Positions 1 to 12,775 of a stretch of 64,000 nucleotides of DNA are shown piece by piece. The position numbers were made by a program, and so were the translations under genes. The stretch spans positions 150,598,001 through 150,662,000 of the forward strand of contig OZ024742.1 of assembly GCA_964016885.1 (NCBI GenBank). Direction: 5' to 3'. The notes below the pieces were generated by a model. It was given only the letters and a program-made list of their open reading frames with translations, was not told where the DNA came from and searched no databases. How positions within the stretch are numbered: the stretch's first letter is position 1; every line of letters begins with the position of its first letter. The DNA is from Eledone cirrhosa. Lineage: Eukaryota.

Positions 1-62
<62 letters not shown>

Positions 63-355
63 AAGGTAAAAAGCAAATAAGCTAATCTAGAGGAGAGAAA
101 GGTGATTAGTTATGCAGGTTACTAGCCAGTATAAGGAAGGTTAGTATGCTCAATGCATATAGGTTGTTAGACTAGCGAGACATGCGATTAGATAGAAAGA
201 GAGATAGCTTAACAATCGTATAATAAGCAGAGCAAAAAATCATTTTTAAAATGCTGGAGAGAACAACAAAGATTTATGAATACATGTATATAGCATTTTA
301 AATATATATATATATATATATTTATATGTGTGTGTGTGTGTGTGTGTATGTGTGT

Positions 356-384
<29 letters not shown>

Positions 385-391
<7 letters not shown>

Positions 392-850
392 ACAAGAATT
401 GGTATAAACATGGACTAAACACAGTATATAATCACGACCTACCTGCAATCATCTGGGATATGCCAATCCAAAGTGACAAGGAAATCAAGGCAAACTCTTC
501 AGGCATAATAGCCAAGGACCAGAACAAAAATAGATACTACACTGATAGATATCGCAACTCCTTCAGGTCCAAATATTGCTTGAAAAGAAGAGTTAAATTG
601 TCAAATTACAAGGATCTCGTAATGAAAATAAGGAGAGTGTGGAACATGAAGGTAAAACAATGGCAGTAGTAATTAGGAGACTAAAAAAACACGAACAAAA
701 GTATACTGTCCATGTGAGGGTTCACAACGCTGCACACTGACCAGAATATAGTTCTGCTAGGAACCGTCCACATCCTACGTTGCACACTGACCAGAATATA
801 GTTCTGCTAGGAACCGTCCACATCCTACGCAAAACATTATTTATTTAATA
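385..850 (+). mobile_element. Decayed 3' fragment of an R4/Dong-like (RLE) non-LTR retrotransposon
   Basis: Translation WYKH...IIWDMPIQSDKEIKAN and KLSNYKDLVMKIRRVWNMKVK resembles the RLE region of other elements here (LWNFSIQTDRKIDANRPD; KLSKYKDLEIEIGKMWKL). About 50-bp tandem duplication at 731-829. Confidence 0.7.
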
Positions 851-1044
851 GGGCGGTGGATTGGCAGTATCGATAGAGGGTCGGACGCCATGCTTTGCAG
901 CAAAGAGTTACGGCCCTTTATGATCTGAGTTCAAATCCCGCCGAGGTTAACTTTGCCTTTCATCCTTACGGGGTCGATAAAATAAAGTACCAGTAACACA
1001 CTGGAATAATTGATGGCCTTGTGCCAAAAGTAGAAACAATTATT
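851..1044 (+). mobile_element. tRNA-derived SINE, family A
   Basis: A-box-like TGGCAGTATCGATAGAG, B-box GAGTTCAAATCCC, shared body (ctttgcctttcatccttacggggtcgataaaataaagtaccag) and tail gccttgtgccaaaagtagaaacaatt. Many copies in the window. Confidence 0.85.
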
Positions 1045-1404
1045 TATTTAATAGCACAAAACACGCGCCTTACAATAAATACATTAAAAAACACTCACCC
1101 CATACAACATATGCCCAAGATTAACAGCATAAGATAACACATGCATGTACATTCCAACCATGATCATCTCGTTTTCTCCAATAGAGACTATTTCAAACTA
1201 TATTATTCAGTACGTCCTGCCTTTCCCTTTTAAAGACATTAGGGTTGTAATATAAGACGTTTCGTTGTTATTTCTAGCAGTTCAAGTAACCAGTTCAAGT
1301 AACCTCACTAGAGCGATTATTTATGTTAGTAAATTAGTAAATCAGATGAAATGAAAAGAGAACAAAAATACAGCTACATATATATATATATATGAGTAAA
1401 AGTG

Positions 1405-1712
1405 TAAAGACCCCCCCTTCGGTCACGAATGACCATGGGATTTGCATCTAGAAAGTTCCCCTCCAAGGCACAAGGCCACTCCGGGCTAGGTTGTTTGTGC
1501 ATACCAGTCTCCCTGCTTCACGCCACCGATGTTGTCCAAGGGAAAGGCAAAGTCCGATACAGCTTGGCACCAGTGATGTCGCAACTCATTTCTACAGCTG
1601 AGTGTACAGGAGCAACGTAAAATGAAGTGTCTTGTTCAAGAACACAACTCAAAGCTCGGTCTCCGAGAATCGAACTCACAACCTCACAATTGTAAGCTCT
1701 AACCATTAAGCC
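1405..1712 (-). mobile_element. tRNA-derived SINE, family B
   Basis: Minus strand reads TGGCTTAATGGTTAGAGC (A box), GTGAGTTCGATTCTC (B box), then cttgaacaagacacttcattttacgttgctcc, shared with the copies at 30473, 56522 and 61430. Confidence 0.8.
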
Positions 1713-1719
1713 ATCCGTC

Positions 1720-1900
<181 letters not shown>

Positions 1901-3165
1901 GTTACGAGCAGGCACTAATTAAGACACATTTACTCTGTCTTAATTAGTGCTAAATAATACTGTCTTATATAGGCCTCAACGGCGAGAATATTAGGTTGAT
2001 AGGAGTCGGAAGACTGTGATCTTCATGCCTTTCATATGAGTTCTACCACGTAGGAGCAGTAAGATTGTTCTGAAACTGTACTTAAAACTAATGAGCACAT
2101 TTGACCCGAACATAGTCATGGAGTAACTACTACAAGTTAATTATTCTTTATTAAATGCAGATTCGTGCATAACAGAAGTCTGTACGCCCCCGCTCACAAG
2201 CACACACATATACACACAGACATACGCACACACACATGCACATACACAAGCACATATACAAGCTCATACACAAGCACACACAGTCACACATATACACAAG
2301 CACACACACACATACATCACATACATATGCAAGCGAACACACATACTCAAGCACACACATACATACACAGGCAAATACTCACATACCCGAATACACACAC
2401 ACACATACAAACACATACACAAGCACACACGAGAAAAGTCTATCCTAACGCGAATAACAAATGAGTCTGTGGTATTAAAATGTGATGTATATTCATCAAT
2501 TTATATTTGGTATTAAAGATTTCGTAGAATATGTTATTTGCAGGATTTAATTAACTAATTCCCTCTGTGGATTTGATGTTGTTTCGCATTAATTGATATA
2601 TTTGCTGTACTCACTTCGCCAGTTTGACGTCTGTCCTACGTTAAGAGATTACTAGTTCAAGTCTAGGAAACATAAATTCAACTCTTGCACATTCATTCAG
2701 ACGTCGCACAACCGGATGCATTTCTACTTCTACAAACTTCTTTCTACAAACTTCTTTTCTTCATAGGTTTCGAGGTTGTTAAAATACTTCTATAGTAAAA
2801 ATCATCCCTATTGTTATTCGAGTCATTCACGGCTGAAATGATGTTTGGGTACTCAATGTTTTGGTTATTTTATTCCATAATCATCCTATTCTAATAGTTA
2901 TTGTTGTTGATCTTGCCATTGGTGTACAGTTCTACAGGAAACATGGGATGAAGCTTAAAGCACAAATATCTTCGGGTCCCATTAAAAAATATGAGTAAAT
3001 GTAAAAAATAAGAATCAAGCAAAAGTATTTATTTCGGGAAAAGAGATACATAAAAATTAAAATGCATTAATCGGTAACTAAAATCAAATAAAAAAAAGTA
3101 ACCTGGAAGGATTTTGCTTTTCATTACATTAAAATTAAAACTAAATGATGTTAGTAATTCATATT

Positions 3166-3347
3166 AATTGTTTCTACTTTTTGGCACAAGGCCAGCAATT
3201 ACCCAGTGTATCACTGATACTTTATTTTATCGACCCCGTAAGGATGAAAGGCAAAGTTAACCTCGGCGGGATTTGAACTCAGATCATAAAGGGACCTAAC
3301 TCTATGCTTCTAAGCATGGTGTCCGACTCTCTACCTATACTGCCAAT
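3166..3347 (-). mobile_element. SINE family A copy
   Basis: Reverse complement of 851-1044 (ggcacaaggcc...tttattttatcgaccccgtaaggatgaaaggcaaagttaacctcggcgggatttgaactc). Confidence 0.85.
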
Positions 3348-6057
3348 ATTAATAATTGAAAAATATCATTTTATATTTTAATTTACGATCTTTTTGTCCA
3401 ATAATTCATTAGTAATATCCTGCAAGTCAGTTTTACCCTAATGTGCTGACTTGATGTACATTAGTGAGAAGTAGTTCAGCTGGTCATCTTTCATTGCTGA
3501 CCTGAAGTAGATTTTGAGACGATTTAGATCAGAAAATGATCGCTACTACAGTTAGATACCATTTTATGTAGATACCGCATTTGATAGAGTATAGGACTCA
3601 CGGATCTCCATCAGCCACCCATTTCAGTATAGAATATTAAGAAGAAGAAAAAAACATTAGCCTACCAGATACCTTAGCTAGATACTGCTTATAAGACTCG
3701 GTGGTATTTCCTGCTTTTCCCAAGAACTGTAACTAAATAAATGGAATTAAAATGATTTCAAGCGTAAATCAAAGCAGAATAAAGGGTATAGTTTATCTGG
3801 AGCTTTACCCAAACTCCGCAGTTCTTGTTACAACAGATGACAAATAACATCAGACATGGATCAAAGTAGAGTAAGTAGCTCAGATTATCTGGAGTTTACC
3901 ACAATACAACAGATTTTTTTGAGGCGGGAAAATGGAGTCTATTAAACCGGAAGGGAAATGTATAATCATATATACACCGATCACAGAATATATAAATATG
4001 TCAATTATATGAATAAATATATATAAACAAAAACATGGATATATAGTTAATGATGTAATTTACTCAGGGTATCCATTCGCACCAAATAATATTTTACCCT
4101 AGATGCTTCTTACATATGTGTGTGCAATGGAAATTCAGTTTTTATAATGTTTTTTTTATAAAGGAACCCAGTCATACATATGTTTAATGCCCAGAAAATA
4201 GGAATCCGATACTTGTTTAACCATTTCCAAGTCAACCTTGTTCAGCAGACTGTGAACAAAGGCATTTCAACCACAACCATCCTATATTTAATTCAGACAT
4301 AATATACCTATGATTATATTATCAAATGTATTCTCATTTGAAGACGATGGGGTGGGGGGGGGGTGACCTGTCGAGTGTTAATGTAGAAGTTCTTCATTGG
4401 TTCATTCTGTTAATAATTCTTTGCCGTTATTTGAAGATTCACAGTTATATTCATGAAAATGTTAACAGACGGTATTTCCTTCCTGACGATAAGTGTTTTG
4501 ATTAAATAAAATTCTCATGCGTTGACGGTGCGTATTGTTCTTTCACAAATGTTTACTTTTTAAATATCCATTTTTGTTTCCAAAAATAGATTAATCTGTA
4601 CAGAATTTCCATAATCTATAATTATCGTAATTTTTTTTATGACAGTTAAATCTCTCTGCAGCCTTTGTTCTTCCAGTTATAATGATAATTGGTCTTATAG
4701 GCAGTGTCTATTAGATTACTCTAAGGCAACATCTATGTAGCATATATTTCAAAGAGGCTAGCATAGTCACTGTTAAAATGTTGTCAGTCTTTCTGAAATG
4801 ATTCCAATTTTGTAATTTATTCTGGTAATTGTCTTGTATAAGTTATCGTTATTTAGCACACCATGATTGATTGGCATTCTGTATTTGTTTGAAGTTTGGA
4901 TATACGTGACTATGGAAGACTGAACCACATACACGCTAATTTACTAGTTGGACGTTTAGTTGATCGAACAATAGAATGTTCATCGTCGAAACCGATAGAG
5001 GATCCATCACATCAAGTTTTTTCGGTATTCGTTTCCCACAAACTATAGGATATATCTATAAACCCTTAACTGACAATAGGTTTAAATTCATCTTGGTCGA
5101 CAATTTTGAAACATTAAATATCGATAATTTAATGTAACGAATATGATTATTCGATGTTATTTTTAGTAGTCTTAATGGTGGTGCTCCAGGATGGCTTCAG
5201 CCTGTTGGCTAGAATACGCAAAAGAGTAATAGTGCTTTGCGCATAATAATGATATTAAAAAGTATAGGAAACATTAAAGGCGTACAACCCGCCTATGGAA
5301 TTTTCCTGGAATTTTTCGTATAGGACATTCAAAGACTTTATTCGTGATCTTGATATTAACTTCCTTACATAACAAATAAGTTAGTTAAACATGCGAATGT
5401 GAAAAGTTTTAGTGACATTTCATTGCAGATCTGGGCCTCAATAGGAAATCCCATTCGAGATAATTACAGGATCCCTTGCAGAAATTTCTAAGAGCACAGC
5501 AACTAAATATAAATGAGCCTATGTTACATATGCGATTCATTTTATCCTTTTTTTTCTTCTAATTTGGTTTTATGTAGATGCATACACAGAACAGACAACC
5601 AAATAAATGCACTAACATAAACATAGACTCCTTACAAATATATATAGAGAGATGTTAGAATATTCCTTGAGGCAAAACTCTCGCTAAGAATTGATTTGTG
5701 TATTGATGAACATAGTGAAAGCATCAAAGAGAGCTGAGATAAATGATCCTGCTATAAGGGTATGAACATTGACCTCCCATAATTTCTTACCATGTACATA
5801 GCTATGTAAATGAATAGCTTTACATGGCTTTACTTATTTTCGTATGGACGTACGTGTGCGTCTATTGAGTGGGAGACGACCCTGTATATATTTACTAACA
5901 GTTGCAAAACAAAACAAAAAATGTGTCCGACAATGTATAAAAGAACGCATGCAGGTATTAAAGGTCAAAATACATGTCAAGTTTTCTATCGCCCAGAAAA
6001 GATTGATAACAGTCTATCTATCTATCGAACTAAAAATCTAACTGGATACACACACAC

Positions 6058-6146
<89 letters not shown>

Positions 6147-6705
6147 GAGATAAAGTGGCACATTCTTAACAAATTCTTAACTGAAAACATATTTTATTGG
6201 TGAATAGTTGCGAACTTGAAGGCATTTACATCGTGTTTCTAGTTTTAAAACTTATCTTCCGAAGAGTATATTAACACGGAAAACTTCAACGGTTTCACCG
6301 TATCAGAAAATGGCATAGATATCTTTTTTTCTCTATGACAACGTACACATTAATTACAAATGATTACATACCTACCTAACTACCTACCTGCGATATATAC
6401 ATATATGTATACAGACGTACAGTAGTATGTATATATATATACATACATGCACACATATATATATGTACGTATATACATACTACTGTACGTCTGTATACAT
6501 ATATGTATGTACGTGTACATACTTATATTTAAGTAACAGCCATACTAAGAGTGGGAAATGAAATTTCGTTTCATTTTTTCCGTTTATCGTTTTCGGTGCA
6601 CCCGGCCGATTAACCCACTCGATATGCAAATTGGGCTACTCAGCCGTTAATATGCATAAGGTAAGTATATACTTTCAGGCGTTCAACAATCTGGCAGGAA
6701 GGTAT

Positions 6706-6748
6706 ACGTTGCTGACAATAGCTAATAAGCTTGAAACTAGTACAGCGT
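6706..6748 (+). ncRNA. Minimal type I hammerhead-like motif with G8A substitution
   Basis: ACGTTG-CTGACAA-T AGCT AATA AGCT T-GAA ACTAGT A-CAGCGT. Stem I is 6 bp with one GU, stem III is the palindrome ACTAGT, triplet GUA. Confidence 0.65.
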
Positions 6749-7032
6749 TCCTTTGTCAGTGTTGAACAAACGAGCAACGGTGGTTGCTAGACACTACGGC
6801 TTAATACGGGATGTTGGTTTACAAACACCCCGAGCATTATAATAAATGTTCGGTGAATCCATACGTACATATATATATGTGTGCATGTATGTATATATAT
6901 ATACATACTACTGTACGTCTATATACATATATGTATGTACGTGTACATACTTATATATATATATATACATATGTTGATTTAAAACTGCACTATCAACAAG
7001 TGTTTTTTTAGCCTTCATATCATGTTCTCCTG

Positions 7033-7099
7033 TTTTATCTGATGAAAACACAAATATTATTGCTTGATGATGTTTGTTTTTGAAATGCGCATAATAAAA
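7033..7099 (+). ncRNA. Type I hammerhead ribozyme, canonical core
   Basis: TTTTAT-CTGATGA-(stem II aaacacaaatatt/gatgtttgttttt)-GAA ATGCGCAT A-ATAAAA. Palindromic stem III, AUA triplet. Confidence 0.8.
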
Positions 7100-7131
7100 T
7101 ATATGGAACTCCTTTAACCATCTTTTGATCT

Positions 7132-7162
<31 letters not shown>

Positions 7163-7194
7163 AGATCAAAAGATGGTTAAAAGAGTTCCATGTA

Positions 7195-7261
7195 TTTTAT
7201 TATGCGCATTTCAAAAACAAATATCATCATGCAATAACATTTGCGTTTTCGTCAGATAAAA
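7195..7261 (-). ncRNA. Type I hammerhead ribozyme, canonical core (inverted partner copy)
   Basis: Minus strand TTTTAT-CTGACGA-aaacgcaaatgttattgcatgatgatatttgttttt-GAA ATGCGCAT A-ATAAAA. Confidence 0.8.
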
Positions 7262-8097
7262 TAGGGAGACATGATATGAAGGTTAAAACACACTTGTGAA
7301 TAGTGCAGTTTTAAATCAACATATGAGAAGTAGTTTTAGATTGATGTGTGATATTGTGGAAACAATTGAGGGGGGGGGGGAGGATGAAAAAGAGGAGGAG
7401 ATGAGAGTAAAAAGTGGAGGGGGAGGAGTATAATGAGGAAGGATGAGATAGGAGAGATGGGTGATAGAGAGAGATAAGATAATTTTTATAACTGAGAAAA
7501 ATATATTGTTTTACATAGAGAGGTTAAAAAAACCGTTGGAAGATAATATAAATTAAAAGAATTTGAAAATTAACGAAGAGAAAAATTTTAGAATAATGTT
7601 AAATTAAGGTTTGTATATTGAAAGGTTTAATAATATGTACGATGAAAAGAAATTGTTAATATGTATTAAGAATAATATTTAAGGGTTTAATAATATGTGC
7701 GATGGAAAGAAATTGTTGATATGTATTATTACAAAATATAACAATATAACAATAGTAATGTAATTAAGGATATATTGTGAAAAGAAGTAGAAGTGTGGAT
7801 GAATAAGTGTAATATGTAGAAGTTAGATGAGCATGAAAGGGAGAAAAAAATAATGAATTGAGGATGAATAATCTAACGTCAAAAAAATGTTTGTTTACGA
7901 AGGATTTTTTCAAGGTGATATTATGAAGTAAGGATATATTGTGCTGAGTAATAATGAGAATTGAGAAGTATCTAGGAAGAAAAGGTACAGATTAGAGGTT
8001 AGAAATTAAAAGAAAAAGAAAAAAAGAAAAGAAAAAAGGAAAAAAGAAAGAAAGATATCTGCATTGCTTTATTGTACTACAATAAAACTCACCTCCT

Positions 8098-8170
<73 letters not shown>

Positions 8171-8173
<3 letters not shown>

Positions 8174-8572
8174 TGGCTGCCAACTCGTTTTCGAGTACGG
8201 CCACTATTTATATCCATGTAGGAGAACCCCTACCGATGCGCTGATAAGTGTGACTTTTAGTCCAGCCAGCGACTTGAAAACTCTGGTACAAACACTACAC
8301 TTGTGACAATTATTGACACATAGTGCTGGGCCCATGGTACCATGTGACGACAAGTGCAGAGAGATCTCCAGATATAAAGCAATGCCTGTGCCGTGAAGCT
8401 TTTATAGTGAGCAAAGGCACTGCACAAAGCCAGTCCCACTCTCTTAACCAAGATGATATTTACCAAAAAGAAGAACAAGTCAACATCATTGGATACCATC
8501 AGGTGTTATATCAGAGTTTTCCTTCTCCTTGAATTCTGCCTTGACAAAGGCTAAGGGATCATCTCTCCCGGA
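8171..8572 (-). mobile_element. 5'-truncated copy of a non-autonomous RTE-associated element
   Basis: Near-identical reverse complement of 40728-41113; flanked by (TA)n. Confidence 0.75.
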
Positions 8573-8615
8573 GATATGTATATATATATATGTATATATA
8601 TACATATATACATAC

Positions 8616-8695
<80 letters not shown>

Positions 8696-8738
8696 TAAAA
8701 AACGAAAAATCAGTGATGCGTTTGGATTCAGTTTATTG

Positions 8739-8829
8739 CGTGTTACAATTGTTTCGCCGGCAGGTAGCTCGAGACATGATCACTGTATGGATCTGGCTGA
8801 TTTTACGGCTGCAGGTTCCTTCGGACACA
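8739..8829 (-). ncRNA. Degenerate hammerhead-like motif with long loop II
   Basis: Minus strand TGTGT-CCGAAGG-aacctgcag...ctgccggc-GAA ACAATTGT A-ACACG followed by AATAAA. Two core deviations. Confidence 0.4.
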
Positions 8830-9039
8830 TGCAATTCTTTCAAGCAAATTTTCTCACTGGGGTGTTATCATAAAAAAACACCTTCAAAAAACATCTTCCA
8901 CTCTTGTCATACCATTGGCTGTTGTTTTTCTACGTCTTCATAAATTCTGGTCACTATTTACTGCTACACTGGTCATCAGCCATTTTCCGTCCGACACACT
9001 TTAATGGAGCCATGCTGGGTTTGGTATCTCACACGTCTG

Positions 9040-9235
9040 TTGTTAGTGTTTCGATCTAGGCCATCTTTGATTGAGCAAACCTATGATTAAAGCCATTCCA
9101 GTAGTGACCATCCTGTCATTTGTCGATGTCTAGGCCTACATTACACAATATAATTCTTTTAAGACAACAGGGTGTATTTTGAGGGATATTTGGCTGCTCT
9201 ATCTAGGAGATCAAGCTACCACCTAAAGGCTCTTT
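9040..9235 (+). repeat. Old dispersed repeat family (…gagggatatttggctgctatttctag… motif)
   Basis: Diverged relatives at about 1150-1290, 4215-4400, 10990-11045, 42010-42095 (minus) and 55850-55960. Confidence 0.5.
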
Positions 9236-9491
9236 CTTTGCTGCTCTATAGTATTGATTGTGATAATATTGCTGACCACCATCGATACCTCCTTCGCTAC
9301 TATTCTCTCCTCTTCAATCTCTACCTTTCTATATCATGTAATTATGTCAAGGCGCTCCAGACGTGTGGTTAATACTTCTTTAACTTTTTCTTTCATTCCG
9401 TATCTATTCATCTCTCTCTCTCTTCCCTCTCTCTCTCTATCTATCTCTTTGTCTTTTTATCTCTACATACACATACATACATGTTTATATA

Positions 9492-9626
<135 letters not shown>

Positions 9627-9877
9627 ATTAATATATATATATATTAATAAATACATACATATATATACACACACATATATATATAAGTATATATATATTT
9701 ATATATATATATATGTATATATATATTTATATATATATATACTTATATATATATTACGTGTGTATATATGAACATGTGTGTATATATGTATATAAATATA
9801 TTAATATATATATATATACACACATATATATATATATTAATATATATATATACACACATTTATATGAATGTATATAA

Positions 9878-9956
<79 letters not shown>

Positions 9957-9980
9957 AATATATATATATATATATGTATT

Positions 9981-10013
<33 letters not shown>

Positions 10014-10044
10014 ATGTATTTATATATATATAGTTTAGGGATTG

Positions 10045-10330
10045 TACACATGGATAAACGTAATGAAAACTGACAATTCGTCCATACTTATTAATATATA
10101 TCTTATTTTTAATCATTTATTTTGTTTTGACCTGTTTAGCTTGATTTGGTTTTTGGCTTGGGTGGTTAATGCTTTCTGGACCACCTTTTCAGTTTTGTAT
10201 GGCTTCTTAACACATTGTTTAGCTCTGGTTTTTAACTATTGAGCACTTTGCCAGTATCATTTCTGATTTTTGCGTTTCGCTTCGCTTTTCCTGCCCGCCG
10301 AAAATGCGATTCTCGCTGAATCTTTATTTG
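10045..10330. repeat. (TA)n-flanked dispersed repeat, related to 43918-44140 in opposite orientation
   Basis: ttttgtttgacctgtttagcttg/caagctaaacgggtcaaacaaaa and cccgccgaaaatgcgattctcgct/agcgagaaccgcatttcggcggg match. Confidence 0.6.
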
Positions 10331-10342
10331 TATATATATATA

Positions 10343-10506
10343 TAACGGAAGAAATGTGGTAAGGAACCAGGTGGACCATAACGCACCGAAGTACTCAATA
10401 CTTAGGGTAGTAGAGTGGGTAATAGGAACGAGTAGGACCCCGACGGCTGAGCTCAAGAATTAGCCGTCGAAACGGCTCGAGCTCAGCCGTCGGGGTCCTA
10501 CTCGTT

Positions 10507-10510
<4 letters not shown>
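10343..10510 (-). mobile_element. Hairpin-terminated short element in (TA)n, family H
   Basis: taggaacgagtaggaccccgacggctgagctc...gagctcagccgtcggggtcctactcgttccta palindrome plus a tail shared with 17070-17273 and 29903-30090. Confidence 0.7.
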
Positions 10511-10558
<48 letters not shown>

Positions 10559-10561
<3 letters not shown>

Positions 10562-10873
10562 TGTACCCCTGGCATTCGCGGTCCCGGTTATTCGCGGAAT
10601 TTTCCTTAGAACCTAACTAATATTTATTTGTGGAAATTACCACATATTCGCGGAATCGTAAATATCTTCCGCGGTTTTTTCATGGCATTATATATTTTTT
10701 CACACTTTTTAACGCTAAATTATTAATAACAATATACCGTATTTGCCGGCCTATATTTTACGTTAAGCTTTGACGTTTATAGGCTTTTTTTCTGGACCAC
10801 GTCCAATATTCGCGGTTTTTCACTTTTCGCGGATGCCATAGGAACGTAACCCCTCGAATACCGGGGAACAACT
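10559..10873. mobile_element. Tc1-mariner/pogo (Tigger-like) MITE
   Basis: Imperfect TIRs gtgtacccctggcattcg / cgaataccggggaacaac, internal ttcgcgg repeats, subterminal ggaacgtaacccc, TA context. Confidence 0.55.
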
Positions 10874-11329
10874 GGATATATTAACATATGTTTACATATT
10901 CTAAGACGTTATAGAGGTGAAAATATTCTATTAATCTCTTCCCACACAGATAAAATTCTAAAGATTATCTTAACATGTGTCACAGCTAATTCACCTTCGT
11001 AATTCTGGGGAAATTTGGCTGCTATTTCTAGCAAGTGGAGCGAAAACAGCGTCATGCTGTATACTTTTATCCTCAGGTCAGACCTGAACGAGCAAGACAA
11101 GATGACTTGACATATATATAACACTGGTCAACATTTTTGATGCATTGATACTGACACTTGATGTTACCTAATATGAGTGGACTGAATTGAAATATGAAGT
11201 TACTTTTCCTCTGATAGCTCCACATTTTTAGGCAATTAAGCTTCTTTTATATTTTCCGAAATTTGAATTTTTCTCGTATGAAGATGCAATCCATCTGAAC
11301 AATTTATAGTTATACATAAACTACAACAA

Positions 11330-11740
11330 CAAAAACCCCAGCACTACATCAACAACACCACCACAGGAAAAATACACCATCATCATACCAGCAATCACCA
11401 CACAATAGAGAGTAAATAACGTTACAGTCCTTTACCAAAATAACGTCCAAGACATTTGTAATAGCCAATGACCTTGCTTCTTCGGTCAATGAAGGCACTG
11501 GAGCTTCACTCATAGAACTTGATTCAGCAACCAGCTTGACAGCCCAAATAGTTAGCAGTAACAACTATCACTGCCATTAACAAGAGGAAGCCAATGCCAG
11601 CAACAGTGACAGTAACAACACCAGCAACAACAACATATATGTGTATGCACCAACATCCTACCAGCAATCACCACCACTACCATTAACAAGAGGAAGCCAA
11701 CACCAGCAACAGTGACAATAACAACAACACCAGCAACAAC
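11330..11740. repeat. CAA/CAC-rich low complexity with internal ~55-bp direct repeat
   Basis: ccattaacaagaggaagccaa...cagcaacagtgaca at about 11574 and 11680. Confidence 0.7.
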
Positions 11741-12199
11741 ATATTTTCAGGATTTATAGACTCACTTTTTAGCAACGTGGTTCTATGAGAAACTGTTAAT
11801 ATGCTCGCATGTGTGCGCGAAGATCTCTGAGTTTTTCCACTGGCAACAACCCCTGGTATTGCTTGTCCACCTATTTATTCATTTATTCATTTTTTTCTCT
11901 CGTGTGTTCCTCCCCATACTCCACCCCCTTTTTTCTGTCTTATCTTCTGTTACCTCCGGATCGAGTGTAGGTGAGCTATGAGGCTTCACTCATATTAGCA
12001 CCCTGTCCACCCCCACCCTGATTCCGTTTTTTCCCTTCCACCCACATACCGTTGAGCCTAGCACCCAGACCAGTGACAACCAGCCACTCGCCCTTGATGC
12101 CGCTTAGTTCTCCAGTCACCGGCTCCACATCCCATCCTCTATCCCCACCTATCCGACACCTGCAGCACTTGCAGCACCACGAACATGTGGAAAAGGAGC

Positions 12200-12775
12200 A
12201 GGAACTGTTCGGGTGCGACTGTTTCCACCAACTTACTTCTGTTGGCTTGACGCGTCGAGCCTCCAGTGCCCTCGCAGCGTGGAGATGCAGCAACTGTCTC
12301 TTCCCTTCGTCTGCTCAGCCGTGGCCGTCTGCTACACCACCAGATGAGACAGTGAGCTTGTCTGATGCTCAAGCCTCGCTGGTCATCATCGCACGGCTCA
12401 GGCGGCTCCGGAAGATTCCGCTCAAGATCCCGAGAGTGGCTCGGGTGTCGGTAGCCGATGCCATCGCTTCCTTAATCAAGAGGACCCTGGACTCTAATCG
12501 AGCAAGTGACTGGGAGCGCCTTTATTTATTTCGCCCCACTCGCCCTCGGTCTCCTTAACTCTGGAGCTGACCGAGGCGACCTGTCGACAGCAGCTTTTGT
12601 CAAGGCCAATGTTTCGTCCTTTGGAGAAGCACCCATCCCAAGGACACCACAACCTCTGCTCTCGGGTGTCTCCAATCCTCTACCCCCGAGGCCAGTGCAA
12701 AGCGTTTACGCGACTGCGTAAACGCTAAACTAATCATGGGTGATGTCTCAGCTGCAATCAGAGTGATTGCCATCA
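12200..12775 (+). mobile_element. Frameshifted N-terminal remnant of a CRE-like RLE non-LTR retrotransposon
   Basis: GC-richer island. CDCFHQL...WRCSNC (Zn/PHD-like tail), KIPRVARVSVADAIASLI...WERLYLF, and in another frame KRVNAKLIMGDVSAAIRVI, resembling pre-RT motifs of CRE-clade ORFs. Interrupted by a SINE-A fragment at about 12775-12870. Confidence 0.5.

Larger units (their letters stand above)
6968..7325. repeat. Diverged inverted repeat (about 165-bp arms) centred on (TA)n
   Basis: catatgttgatttaaaactgcac...gatctta versus taagatc...gtgcagttttaaatcaacatatg; arms differ at scattered positions. Confidence 0.9.

Noticed and set aside
1912-1950. 15-bp perfect hairpin gcactaattaagaca/tgtcttaattagtgc
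   Set aside because: Isolated, with no ribozyme core or second copy seen; function cannot be supported.
7325-8095. Autonomous Penelope RT/GIY-YIG ORF next to the hammerheads
   Set aside because: No recognisable motifs by eye; no Penelope-type ORF was found anywhere in the window, so the mobilising enzyme is unidentified.
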